A stretch of DNA of 64,000 bases from Pocillopora damicornis (taxonomy: Eukaryota). Below the pieces are notes generated by a model that was not told the origin of the DNA, made no database searches, and was given only the letters and a program-made list of their open reading frames with translations. This document shows, in pieces, positions 49,100 through 62,510 of this stretch (positions are counted from its first letter, which is position 1; each line of letters begins with the position of its first letter). A program made the position numbers and the translations under genes. The stretch is from contig NW_020844913.1 in assembly GCF_003704095.1 (NCBI RefSeq), positions 1-64,000 of the forward strand. Direction: 5' to 3'.

Positions 49100-51044
49100 A
49101 CACGGATCATTAATCTGGCTGTCAAGTTATGTTAGTTATTTAGCGCTAGAGATCGCTTGAGTCGCCAAGCGAGTAAAATATATCGGTTTGTTAAACTTTT
49201 CAGAACGTAAGGTATCAATGTTATTTTCTCTGGGGGCACAATTGTTGCGAAACTTCGATGTTAAGTTTAAAAAGCTGAACTTATTAACCTCTGAAAGATT
49301 TAACTAGGCCTTCGATTGCCAATTATTTTGGACCTCGCCGAGTAATCGATTCAGAGGCTTACATTTTATCTTTGATACTACGCGATAATGCTAAATAAAG
49401 ATATGAATTGCTGCTGTTTGATAAGCACAATGATACCTTCTGCACTGATCGGGTGCATGTAGCTGTAAGTTATCTAAGGCCATATTTTGGAACGATAACA
49501 TTTAACAGTAGTTTCGTGTAGTACCTACAGCCTAACGACCTAAGGTATACCCCCTATTTTGTAACATCAACCGTTTTGAAAGGGAGCTTTCATAAAATTT
49601 GGCGTCTGTTCTGGAAGATTTCTTGGATCCTGATGACACTTTTGTAACCAAAGGAAACTTTAATTGTCAAAATAAGTAAAAGCTTTCCGGGTAAGATGAA
49701 CCACACCATCCTGTTTCCTGAAGAACACAAACCGTTCAACTTGCCTGACGTAAATAGGGAGCATTCTCTTTAATCTCTATCTCGTCTGATTTGTTTTTTT
49801 ATTCCAATTATTATTATTTATTTTTACGAGTTGAGATTTCGTGCTCTTTTTGTGCATCTCAGTCACACCGGTGGCTGATAATCAGGAATACATCATTTCA
49901 CATTTCAAAAATCTTATTATTTTCATAGTTCGTAAAGCGATCAAAGTTTCAACCAACTAAGATTACACTACAAAAGTGAACACAAATTTCCAGTTTTTAG
50001 ATTACTTAAATAATGTTTGAGCAAAAAGACGAGTATTTGAAATCAATTGTTTCAATAACCGACAATTTGATCAATCGTTGTCCTCTTTCAGAAAAGAGCT
50101 CCAGACTACAGTCTGTAGCACAAGGGTATTATTTGGGTGGGTGCAGGAGGAAAGCGTGCGAAGGGTGCTGGTAGGGTGCGTGCGCACAAGTACTTGTGAC
50201 ATACTTCGTCCTTGTAATAATCAAATCCGTCCTTCTGGACTCCTAAAGCAAAAGGCTCTTCCTGCAGGTCAACACATTCTTAACATTGCATTTACAGGTG
50301 TTGTACCCAATTAAGCTTAATTCACGTTGTAATACTTCAGCTGCTGAGACGTGTTAGTGCCAACTAATTTTTCACTACCTACCAGAAAAACGGCCGTCGG
50401 TGAATGTAGACTAAAAATATTGCCAAACCAGACGAAACATTACAGAACTATTCCGAATCAACTCAATTTTTTTTAACAACGGTGTCTCATGTATGATTAG
50501 GATAATACGATTTCCTCAAAATCATCCCTCATTCTATGTGGATTAATCAACTTATTTACTATCATTGTAGACCATTGAGTGCTGGAATTATAGATATGGT
50601 ATTTACGTGGGCTGGAGCACGCGATCTGGGCTTGAACTGTTAATCAAACGCAAGCTACAAGTTATCGTGGGAAATGCCCCCAAGGCAAGATAGATCTTTA
50701 AATCACGTTATATTAATTATAGTTTTACATTGTAAATTACTTAAAAGACAGATTAAAAGCAAAGAATTATGATAAAAATTCCATGAAAAGATGATGTTTT
50801 TTTTATTCATGGTTAATCCTAACAAAGCGAAAACAAATAAACCAAAACTAAACCAAAGAAAACAAAATAGAATCTCTAGAATACCAAAGCCTTCTTTTCT
50901 AACATCGGGCAAGAGGATCACTGCACACAAAGCTGAGTATCCCGCCTAAAATTTTTCAAAGTCCTTGGTGTAACACAACAAACCCCTCTGCAATCTTAAC
51001 AGTGTCGTGATGTCCGTAAACGATTTGAAAAAATGCACAAAAAG

Positions 51045-51260
51045 GTAATTTAGCATTATCAACTGCGTTGACGACGTAAATTGGCCACCGTAAAGAGTTT
51101 CAAAGCTGACGTTTCGAGCGGTAGCTCTTTGAAACGTCAGCTTTTTAACTCTTTACGGTGGCAAATTTACGTTATCAACTCAGTTGATAATGCTAAATTA
51201 CCCTGTTAAAAACTCCCATTGACGCGGCACCAGAGTTTCTGTAGAAACTTACCCCTTTTA
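51045..51260. mobile_element. Palindromic interspersed repeat (Penelope-like element terminal remnant)
   Basis: ggtaatttagcattatcaactg...gctgacgtttc pairs with gaaacgtcagc...cagttgataatgctaaattacc (~75-bp arms). Family assignment is from recall. Confidence 0.55.
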
Positions 51261-54200
51261 TTCAATGCATAAGAAGGTACTCTTTCTTTGGAAACGGTCC
51301 AACAAGCGTAACGAGGAGCGATTGGGGATTCATGATTCCTTTGCTTACGGATTTCAAATTCATGCTTTTATCTTATATGCATTTGTAACGGCCCTACTCT
51401 TGATAGATATTTTACACCCGAGCCAATCAGACTTATTTGATCTTGGCAATATTTACCAAAATCCCTCACCAAAGTAGCAACCGCGAAGCGAAGTAAACAA
51501 AACCCAAGCAATCCTGGATTGTTCTCGACGAGCATTTTTGAGTAAATTGTGCTAGCAAGGAAGGTTATTGTTCGAGAAGTAACCACAACCCAAATTATCA
51601 TGAAACTGAACAGACTAACATAATTCTTCTTTAATGACGTCTGACTGAGCTTGTGACTTTTTTATTTGTTCTTTGATTTGTCAGATTACATTTTCTCGGC
51701 AGATACAACACCTGCACTAGCTGCCTGCAGTTTTGTGGGATTGATAAATTTAATACTTATATAGTTTGGTTCTGTAACATGTTTCCTACAGTGAGCACAG
51801 TTCAAAGTATAGTGTTTTGATTATCTGTGACCATTTCGCACCATTCTCTTACAGGGTTTCTCTTTCTGGAGGCTTTGAATTCTGTCTCGTTGATCGATTT
51901 TTGCTAGTCTTCATACTGGTCTACCTGAAAATTTATCAACGCGCACTCTGTTACTATATGAATTATTAAGCATTTTTTGCACACTATCTTAACTTAACTG
52001 TGATGGTGCATTCTGGATAGTTTTGCATGCACATAATTTTAACCTATCCTAACCTGAGTAAAGCTATTTTTTAGCCAAGCGCCATGATTTAGTATTGTTT
52101 CTCAAGTGCTAGCCTCTCAAATGAAATATCTGATAGGCTAAGAAATGCCTCTAAACTCTGTAGTAGGCATCGTCGTCAATTTTTTAAAAATATTTGTGCG
52201 AGATGCACATCCGATTTTAGTACCAGTCCACTTGAGTTCTATCACAAATGGTGTTATCTTATTCGTTTCGCCACTCGCTATCTATTCCGTGATAGACGCT
52301 GAGTAAAGTAAATGGTCGAATAGTGTCGGTGCAATTGTAAACAGAATAAAAATACTGAACTACACAGGCCAGTCTTGTTCAGTTTTGAACATGCAGTAAA
52401 ATTGTCACCAGAGCAATCAGCCTATTCGCTCTCGATTTCTTTGCGTGATGGTTGATTCGGGCTTTGCTCTCACCAACTACTAAGTATCAAGCGAGGGAAA
52501 TCTTTAGCCCATAATCTGATTGTAAAGTAATGACTCTCACCCACACAGCCCAATATTCTTTGTAAGTTTGCCTCGTAACACCTATACTACCATGTCACGA
52601 GTCACCACAAGAAAGAGTTTGACAATTTCAGTGGTAAACTAAAAGAGTAGAATTTTATGGATAGATTTTGTACCGCCGTGAATTTATTCGGGACGTAACC
52701 ATATATATCAAGACGGTTTTATATTTCATTTTATTTCAGGGATTTGATCTGAGGTATCAAACTACAGTAAATACTTACTGTCTTAAAATGCAATATTTCC
52801 TTCTCAACTCTTGTGACTAACACAGCCAAGTGGGAGAAGTGCCCCATAGCGAGGTTAAAACTTAAAGGAACTAAAGAAGGTAAAATTTCTTGACACTGAT
52901 AGAATTTTAACAGAAAGCTAGAAAAAAAGACGTGTGTAAAGTGATATTCCTTTGTTCACTCAGAAGAGACATGAAGACCTATTGCACTTGAACTCAATAA
53001 TTTTAATAACTTCTGTCGGTGATCTGATAAGGACAGGCCGATTTTCTGAGAAATGCCTTCTTCAAATTCATTTATCAAGTTTAGACATGAAACATTGCAT
53101 TGTAAATATAGTGCTTATCAGAGCTGAAGTATAAGCGACTTGATATTAGAAAGTTTATCAAACTAAAAATAATCTGAAAGTAAGAATTGTTAAGTCATTG
53201 TGCTTCACCAGCAAACGTAGATATCGATGTTTCAAAGATGAAAGTCTGCAGGAAACAAAGTTTGATGTTCAACTCATTAAGAGATAATTTAAGGGTTAAA
53301 CGAAATAAACAAAAATGACGTTCCATTTATTGGTCTTCAACCTCAACCGTGTAAATGTGATTTCGTTTTTCTTAAATATTACATCTCTTTGAATCTGCAA
53401 AACAGTCGATAACTTGGCATTCCTCACATGGTTTCACAAGTAAATTGTGACAGAAACGGGCGCCGGCCAAAAAAGGCTCGTTATGAAAGGAATACAGTAG
53501 TTTTTCTCTTTTCTTTAATCTACTGATCTCTCTACTGTTTCAAATCAATTTGAATAGCGTTGAACACTCATATCTGTGGTACTTTTGATACAGCACATCT
53601 CTGAGTTTTGGTCACATGGAGTCTTGTAGATCCCCTTATTCGTCATCCACAACACTCACCTGTCTTAAATAAAATGAAGCCACGTAAACCCCGTGCAATA
53701 AATGATGCTTTCTTTAATTTGGAAATCAAAAGTCAACATTTATCACAAGGGAAGATAATTCCTACTACGACGAATTTCATAGTTCAAGTGGAGAGTATTG
53801 GAAATTTAAGGCAATACAACTCCAATTATATAGAAACGATGGTTTGAAAATGTGCTCATTTACAGACGCTCATAAGAATGTGGGTTCAATGACTGTCAAC
53901 CCAAGCCAAAGACTATGTTTGAAATTCATTTTAAATGGTTACTTTTAACAATACCTGGCTAGTGGAGACTTCGAATGACGGCCAAATTAAGGGTCATTTC
54001 TTCTGTGTTGGTTAAATTTTTCTGACTTATATAGTGAGGGCTTGAGGGGTCTGACTCGGCGCCAATTTAAAGGGTCTTCTTTCAAGCAAGGTACTATATA
54101 ACAGATCTATTCGACTCCTTTGTTGAAGAGGCGGTCCAGTCTTTTAATTAAGTTTATCTTTTTCCAATCTCGTAAAGATTTCAGTAAAAGTTTATTGCGT

Positions 54201-55029
54201 CTGCATATGAATTATAAGGTTTTTTAGGTCAAAAGTAATGACCACGTTACTGACCGTAATGGCACGGTTTCGGATGTGTTTCAACACAAATTTTTTACTC
54301 AACTTAATCTATATATTAAAACTATATACTTAACTCTATATCATCTAGGCACTAAAATTAAGGGTTGCTTCTAAAGCTTAATGGTATCGAGCTTTTTGTT
54401 CAGTAGGTTACAAAATTCATCTAATATGCATAATAAATGAACAGGTGTAGAGCATTATAGTTACTCTTTAAAAATATTTGCGCGCAGTGCAGACCCGATA
54501 TTATCTACTCATTCTTTGAACACAACATTCTCTAATGTTACATTTTGTAACTTAGTTTCCAAATAAGCTCCACGTATATTGTTTCCTTCAGTATCTAATT
54601 CTTAGTAGGAAAGAGTTTGGCCAACGATTTCAGCTCCGAACTGAAAGAGAGAAATTCTTGCGATAGAACTGGGAACGAAACACGTTCAGGATGCTCACTT
54701 GGAAGGTGAGTATTGTATCAGGACTACACTGCACCACATTTCAAGGATTCTTATGGCTACCAATCTGTAGTATATACTGTTTTTCTTCAAAATTACAATA
54801 TTATTAATATCACCATTTAAAAATTGAATGAATATTTACGCGGATTGTTCCCGCTTGCAACACGAAAGGGAGAATACCTTTCATATCACCAAATTTAGGT
54901 TTAACCTATCTATTAAATAATTCCCTGTTGATGTTTCAAAATCAAATTATCTGGAAGTATATTTTAAATTGCAATGAATTACAATAGTTTTGGGGTACAA
55001 CAAACCAAAAACAGGGACAAATTTCGATG

Positions 55030-58000
55030 TCACTCGATATAGAAATCTTCTATAGGAGCTTGATAGTCGAGAAATTCAGCATAAAACTTCTTGAAGGCAA
55101 GCCTGTAATCACAAGAGCAGATAAAACTCGATTAGTACTTTTAAAGGAAGAAAGAGTGTCTATGTCCGTTATTTCAAGCCAAATGATGCCGGACTGAACT
55201 CAGCCAAACAGGAGAAAGCATTTCAGCAAACGCAGTACATCAAAAAGCCCACTGTCATTCGGCAACATTGTCTTGGCCATCATGAAACTGAAATGTTACC
55301 AGTGATCGTTGAGCCAAGCTAAGGGGGGCCAAAGTTATTACAAGTGACGACGATCAAGCCGTGGGACTGAATTATCCACACTAAGATCTACTTTAGGGGT
55401 AATCCATCTTAGGATTTCGTATATTTGAGGAACACCTAACAGATAGCCAACCCAAAAGGGCAAATGCAGCTTATGTGGACAAAAACGTTACCCATCCAGT
55501 CTTCTTCGTTTATTCTTCAATTAACACGAGAGATTAACTATAAAATAATTTAAGGAGGTTGACTCCGAAATAGAACCTCCAAAGAGGGTTTAGTTTCTTT
55601 GGTGTGTATTGTAGCTTGATCCACTCTTAAAGAAGATTAACAGAAAAATATAACATACAGAAATAAATAAAATAAAAAGATCTAGAAAACATTGAGAAAC
55701 TCCCTACCCTACAGCGTTTGCTACTGGCTCGGTCGAGTATTCTGACATAAACACGTGACACGCAAATCGGTGATGTTCAGGATGTTTCGTGATAAAGGCG
55801 AAGAATCTGGAAAACAGAAAAACTAGTCGTTAGAATGTGCGCTTTGACTTTCAATTAAAAAGTATCTGTAGTTAAAAATTACGAAGAAAAAAAATCGTAC
55901 CTGGCATTTTGTGGATGACAACCACAAAACGTTACATTCTTCAATGCAAAATAGTGAGATTGCGTTAAAGTTTCCTACGAAAAAACAAACAAACACTGTT
56001 GGGTTTAATATTTCTTTTCTTCATTTGGGAGAGGGCGGCAAAGGTGAAATAAAGCGGCATAAGCTACTCCAGAACATTCTACAGTATATAAGCATTACAG
56101 TAACAGTAACAAACACCCACCCTTAGGTAATAGAGATTGAAACGAAGAATCCAACCGGTGAATGCTTCAACAAGTTCAAAGATTTTATTTTCACCATTTT
56201 GGCATAACAGAATGCAACAGGGATGTTATCACCAGCTTCCTTGTTTATTTTTTACTTTTTTTTCCAGCCAGAGCCTATCCCAGTTTCCATGTAGCATGAA
56301 TTGACTAGGAGTGTTACTACTCCCCTTTGGATGGGATGCCACTCATCCTAAGGGTACCCTCCAGCATTTCATCAGGCTTCCCTGACAATTTGCTAGTACC
56401 CATTTATACCATTTATATTCCTGGGTGGAGAGGGGCACTGTTGGAGTATTGTATCTTGTACAAGAACACTACACATTGACCTGGCCATGTCTTACACCTT
56501 GGACACTCAACCTAGAGTCCAGTGCACTGATTATTAGGCCATTGTATCTCCCTATAACTATAACAAAAACCTGATGTGTTGTAAGAAAATAACTGTAAAC
56601 CTTTCCATCCCTGTCAAAAAGTTTTCCTAGTTTACGTCTGCTTGATTTCTTATTAGATGCAGAGTCCTGAAATGATAGCAAAAAAAGAGATCACCACTGA
56701 ATCCCTACCTTGTCACCAGCACAACATATAGCATTGTGTAAATTGCAAGAAATATATATTACAGGTTAAAATTCAGTCACAGGGGCAGATCCAGGAATTC
56801 CTGATAGGGAGGGTCCAAACATCAATTTGGAAACACAGAAATCATTTCCTCTTAGGCCTAGATAAGCTGAGAATTATATCAAGACTTTTAAACAGATTTC
56901 AACACATTCAACATTCATATGTACACCATGCTGTATTCCCCTTAGAAAGATAGCAGTTATGTACCCATGCTTATGGTGATGAATAGTGCACCAAACAACT
57001 AGTCATAACCAACATTCAATGGACTATAAAGTTCAAATGCATAGTGTTATCCTTTTTGGGTAGTAACTGGTCAAATTTACCACTTGTAGTACCTTTTATA
57101 AACGGCTAAAATTGGTTGGAATTCAAGAAATTTTGCTGTACTTAATATAAGGAGAACACTGTATGTAATGTGACATCTGCACTGTAGATAAACAATAAAT
57201 ACACTTTACCTTCCCTCCTAATGGACCTTGAGGATGTTCAGTAATTCTGATTCCTCTCTCACTGACATCCAGTAAACATGCTGGGGGTTTGGTAACTGAT
57301 GTCAGTTGATGCTGTTTTACAATCTGAAAGGTGTTACAAAATTATAATTATTATTATAATAAAAAAAAGGTTTTGATGTATAGGACTATGCAGACCCCTA
57401 ATATTGGATCCCAACATCAAAGGTACACCATGTTACACAACCTATACAAAGGCCTGTTGAATTGTAAAATTTATGCATTTATGAATGCAATGGGTGCAAG
57501 CAGGATTCTTGAAAGTAGCTGATAGTCTTCAAAACAGCCTGGCAGTTCTTTTCAGGGGGGGGGGGGAATAAAAGAAAAAACAAGTGAGAGGTTCAGTAAG
57601 GATGGATCATACGAGCAAAGGACTGGTATTCATCTATCACTTGCTTTTACAAGGTATCAGAAGGATCTGATGTTTTCAAAGATTTTTAGATACAGAGATG
57701 AATCCTTTCAAATGAAAAAAAGAAAGAAAACAAACTGTAATAACACTGGTAAAAAACTCAAGCATACCTCTCTCATAGCATCACATATGATATCATTTCC
57801 CTTGAAGCCACTCACTTCAACTGATCCGAGAAATCTTAAGAGTATGAAAACAAGAAACATAAAGTTCCTTCCAGAAAAGTGTTCAATAGATGTTTACATT
57901 GATTTCATAAACTTAATCACTCAATATATTTTGCAGTTAAGAAAAAAATTGTAACAAAATGATTTCAATGGCTTTTCTTCATGTCCAGCACTGTTTCTTT

Positions 58001-60382
58001 TACATTTCTATGAGCTCATGCACATGGAAAGTGAAAATTGAAATTAAATTGAGTAAGAGCATTGTCTACCTTAATAATGTAACAAAACCCCATAAAAAAT
58101 TAAAATCTTGGGTCAAAGCTCTTCAGAGGTTCTTTATACAATGATTACCACTGAGGTTTTTTACATTTAACAGACTTGATAACTGTATTAGTATTTTCTG
58201 TACTACTTATTTAGTAATTATTATCAAATGGCTAACCATAGGTGGTATGTGATAGACCATTAGGTAACATTCAATGCTTAATTAAATTATTATTTAATTA
58301 TATTAAATTTCAGAACCATGAAATTTGATCTCACATCAAAGATAATTCAATTTTAGTTTATTAAATATTCAAGTTCAATTCAATGGAATGTCAATTCCAA
58401 ATTCAATTAAAAAAGAACTTATGATAAGTGGCCCAGAAGAAAATGATTACTGAGAACAAATCATTTTTCAGTTCTCAGGTTTCTAAGTCATTCTAAATGA
58501 AACAACTCCTTGACAAATTTTTCATTTTTCATCTGCTAAAGTGTTAACACGTTCTTTAACTGAGAGCACATCAATCTGGTCAACTAATCCCAAACAGTAC
58601 AAAGTAATATGTACATTACTGATGTGTAATAATTTCTTAAGCAATATCTTTTTAATATTACACTCCAAAAATCCACTTATAAATACCACAATGAGCTCTT
58701 GCTGATTTTTTTTTAATCCTAGAAGAGTTTACCTGACAATACTCTCTAATTATAAATAAAACTTGGAATTATTTTATAACCTATATTGTAAATATAGAGA
58801 TAGTACACTTGCTATATTTGAAATTAAAGATGCTTTTTCTTTCCATTTTACACCCAAATGTTACATTGTACATACCTGACACTGAACTGATTCACTTGTG
58901 TACCTCTTTTGGAATTGTCTGAAACAGTAGAAAATATGTCTTGCTGACTGCTTTATTTATAATATATATGTTTAGATCATATATGCTCTTAGTAGAATTA
59001 AATAATTATTTTTATAAACTTATTTTTTTTCAAAATTTGCTGACTTATATTTCTAGTCTTGATCATAGTAGTGGCAAAATTTAGCCTCGCAAGTGATTAG
59101 TTAGTGCTACGAATCTCCAAGCTGCCAGAGGAAAATAGCCCCTCAAGAACTTCATTTCCGACCATTTTTCTGGCTCTAGTCTGGTGTATTATTAAAACAA
59201 TTATTCACCTTAATGTCGGTGAAAATGAATAATTATTAACTAATATTAGTCAATGAAGACTCTTAACCAAAAAAAATTTCAATTGAGATCACTTTGAGAG
59301 TTTGATTTATTAGAAAAATCGAGTTATGATAAATTTGCTTGCTTTGGGCCAGCAACAAAAGTGTAATTTTTGAACAAATATCTTTGCTGAAACATGCTTT
59401 GCCTTAATTACGTAATCAACGTCTGTTTTTAGAAAGGCTCTCTAGCATGCAATCCATTTATTTGTTTGTAATGACGACAACACCGATGTTGATGGCAGTA
59501 ATTTGAATAATAAAGAAGTTACCACCTACATAATTATATGTTTCATTCATTTTAGGAAGCTGGTTATCACTTATTTGCTATTTGTTGTTATTTCCATTGT
59601 TTCCTAATCCATAAAAGCTGAAAGGAAATTGTTTCATTCTTTTCAAAGTTAAACAAAGAAAATAGAGTTGAATGTTAGACCCGAGCTATTTTTCTGACAA
59701 GAATATCACTCTAACCTTGAACGTCGCTTTCTCGCAAAATATCAGAGACGTAGCGAGATGGGAAAATTCCTGATTCGCCGGTCCGCAAATTAATCCCTAC
59801 GAACCACAGATCTTCATCCTTCTTGTTCACATGAACCGCATCTCCAGTTTCCAAACTCACTTCGTCGTCGTGTCGGGCCACGAACTTATAAAGCGCAATG
59901 TGGGTTTGTTTGATTTTCGATCTACCGAGGTCATCTTCCGAAGATAAAGAAGTATTACTGCTTCGTGATGAGGACGTACTCAGTCGTTTGGATTTTAATG
60001 TCACAATTTCAGCTGAATAATTAATCGACGGAGTCACTGGACTCTGGGATAAATAAAGTGACTTTGGAGTTGCTGGTAAGAGTCTTCTTCCTCTTTCTGT
60101 TTTTGGACTCATTATCTTTTGTTCAGAGACATTTCCGACATCTCGAGACTGCTTGACATGTCCGTTTTCTTCTACGGTCGAAGTTCGGCTTGTCATTTTA
60201 TCTCTGTGATCCCTCAACACATCTTTGTTTTTAATGGTGAAAGTTTCCAATTGTTCCTTCAGGGTTTCTGTATTGTTCTTCGCATTCCCGTACAGTGAAG
60301 TTATGTTTCGACCAATTGTTTCTCTTTCACCTGTTCTTGCAAGATCAGAGTCCACTAATGTAGAGGCTGCCGAATTTAGCAT
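55030..60382 (-). CDS. MAPK8IP1: JNK-interacting protein 1/2-like scaffold (MAPK8IP1/2 family; SH3 + PTB); 5' end unresolved
   Basis: Minus-strand exons: ~60382-59716 (SH3 [23 protein letters not shown]...[15 protein letters not shown]), 58918-58876, 57834-57768 ([21 protein letters not shown]), 57323-57210, 56666-56601, 55974-55901 ([13 protein letters not shown]), 55806-55708 ([18 protein letters not shown]), 55102-55030 (AFKKFY...PIEDFYIE*). All are GT-AG and phase-consistent and match the JIP1 SH3-PTB region. Confidence 0.92.
56270..56545 (-). mobile_element. SINE (same family as 32890..33105) in a JIP intron
   Basis: Reverse complement of the ctctccacccagga...atgggtact...gaaatgctggagggtaccctt...catcc core. 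Confidence 0.65.
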
Positions 60383-61651
60383 CGCTCAGGGAAACTTACC
60401 TTTTGTACTTCCCGCTTGAGAGCTTGTATCGATCAACAAATATTGGTGCAATATCGGCTTGGCGGCAACCAAAAAATGACAACACTTACGTTTGAGAGGC
60501 GGATCGCGCGGTTTCCCTCCGTTTTTACCTCATTCACCGGCTCTTCAGAAGAAAGGGCAGACATTCTAATATCAGTGAAGTCTCAGACTCAGAGCATGTC
60601 AGCTGACTTTTCACGATCGGATAAACTTTGAGGTTAATCTAATTGAATTGTAAATATTAACCAAACGACGGCATGTGGAGGAATTTAATTATGCTAGGTA
60701 ACCTGGCCTAGCTTCATTAGCAACCAAGTTGTACGAATGTAAGCAAATTCGTGATGGCTTAATTTGATATTAATTGGTGGTCAAGGCTCAGTCAAAATGC
60801 AGGCCTTACCGTATTTACAAATCAAAGAGCCCGAGAGTGCTGTCTCTCCAGAGAAGAAAAGTTACAGATTGAGTTTACACGAAGTTTCGTCCAAGACAGC
60901 TCAGTTCAAGGACGGACAATCGAAGAGTGGAAGAAATGTCAACAGACCGGTGAGTGGTCTGCAAACATAGCAAATACGTGTTAAAAAGGATACAAAATTG
61001 GCTAAACTTAATAATTTTGGATTTTACATGGAACAAAAATAATCTTTTGAAAAATTTACACCACATTATTCTCGAACTTTAGACACCATTGTTGATACAA
61101 CAGTTTATCTGCTAAGTTTAACGTCGACTGATCACATTGGAAATTTTACTGAAATTTAGCCAATGTGAGCCTTGATTACTCGCTGTTAAGTCTCGTCGAG
61201 TACGGTTGATAAGAAGGTAAATATTGTGCATTTTTCTGTACAGCTGTTAGGTAATTTTTTTCTTAGAAATTTGCAACGCTGTAGCGCAGTAACTTTGTGA
61301 AATCAAACCAGTTAACAAATTAATATTCAACTTTCTTACCAAAGGTAAACTACTGAGACACAAACTTTTAGAAAAATTATAGGCAAATTTCTTTTGGTTT
61401 AAAGGTGTTGGTAAAATGCATTTTTGTCATATTTGGAGCTCTCTTAATTTACTTGGAAGAGATAAGTATGTAGCGCCCTCAGGGTTATTATTTAAATCTT
61501 GAACATTCTGTCTGTTGGGTGTTCTTGTTATTCAAATTTTTCTTTTACCCTATGAGGTGTATACAAAACAAAGCAATTAGATAGCCTTCAGATATTTCCA
61601 TCTTTCACTTTTATGCATCTTGTTTTATTTCTAAATTTGTGGCTGAGAAAA

Positions 61652-62142
61652 TCACATAGTATGTGTTGAGCTACTAACTGTGTTTTGATGAACAAGAAAG
61701 CAGAAAATTTTGGCATATAGTTTAATCAACTCTGTTCCATTATGGTGGCTGAGAAAGGAGAGTTACATGCTGAGTTTCTTCTTAAAATATCGTCATCCCA
61801 GTGGGTTAGTATTTTGCAAATTAAGTTTTTAGTGTCTAAGGAGGTCACATGTTGGGCTGTCGCTGTTCTAGAGATTACTGATGACGTCAAAATGTGGTAA
61901 GAATAGGAAAATGGCATACAAGGTGCAGTCAAGTGTATCACTGCTGTTTGATATCTGTTATGATCCATTGTTGAACAGATGAAGGTCAATAAACTGAATT
62001 CATTCCATATTGACCTTCTTATATTTTAAGAAGAAACTCAGCATGTAACTCTCCTTTCTCAGCCACCATAATGAAACAGAGTTGATTAAACTGCTTTCTT
62101 GTTCATCAAAACACAGTTAGTAGCTCAACACATACTATGTGA
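61652..62142. repeat. Long inverted repeat (~120-bp near-identical arms, ~230-bp spacer)
   Basis: 61652-61790 is the reverse complement of 62021-62142 apart from a ~17-bp indel and a substitution. Confidence 0.9.
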
Positions 62143-62307
62143 AATAAAAAAAAAGCAGAGAGTTGTTCATGGTGGTGTCATCAATGTGTCTGTCCTCCAG
62201 TAGAGGATTACTAAGAAGCAATTAAAAATGCATGGATAATTAAGCTTAGATGTAGTATTGGTAGTCTCCATAATTCTTCTCTAGATAAAAAATTATATCT
62301 CTTAGAT

Positions 62308-62510
62308 TAACAATAAAAGCTAAGTTTTCCGTTTGTCTCACGATGTAGTCACATGTGATGTAGATCGTGATGTTTCAACTGCATAATGCTAGTCTTCTTC
62401 AGATTGTCATTTGCTTGAAGAAGACTAGAAGTATGCAGTTGAAATGTTGCAATTTACACCAAACATGACTACATCATGAGACAAACGGAAAACTTAGCTT
62501 TTATTGTTAT
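62308..62510. repeat. Palindromic element (~95-bp arms)
   Basis: taacaataaaagctaagttttccgtttgtctca...ctagtcttcttca pairs with tgaagaagactag...tgagacaaacggaaaacttagcttttattgtta. Confidence 0.85.

Noticed and set aside
49100-55000. Short ORFs in the intergenic region between the GPCR and the JIP-like gene
   Set aside because: No motifs or consistent exon chain found.
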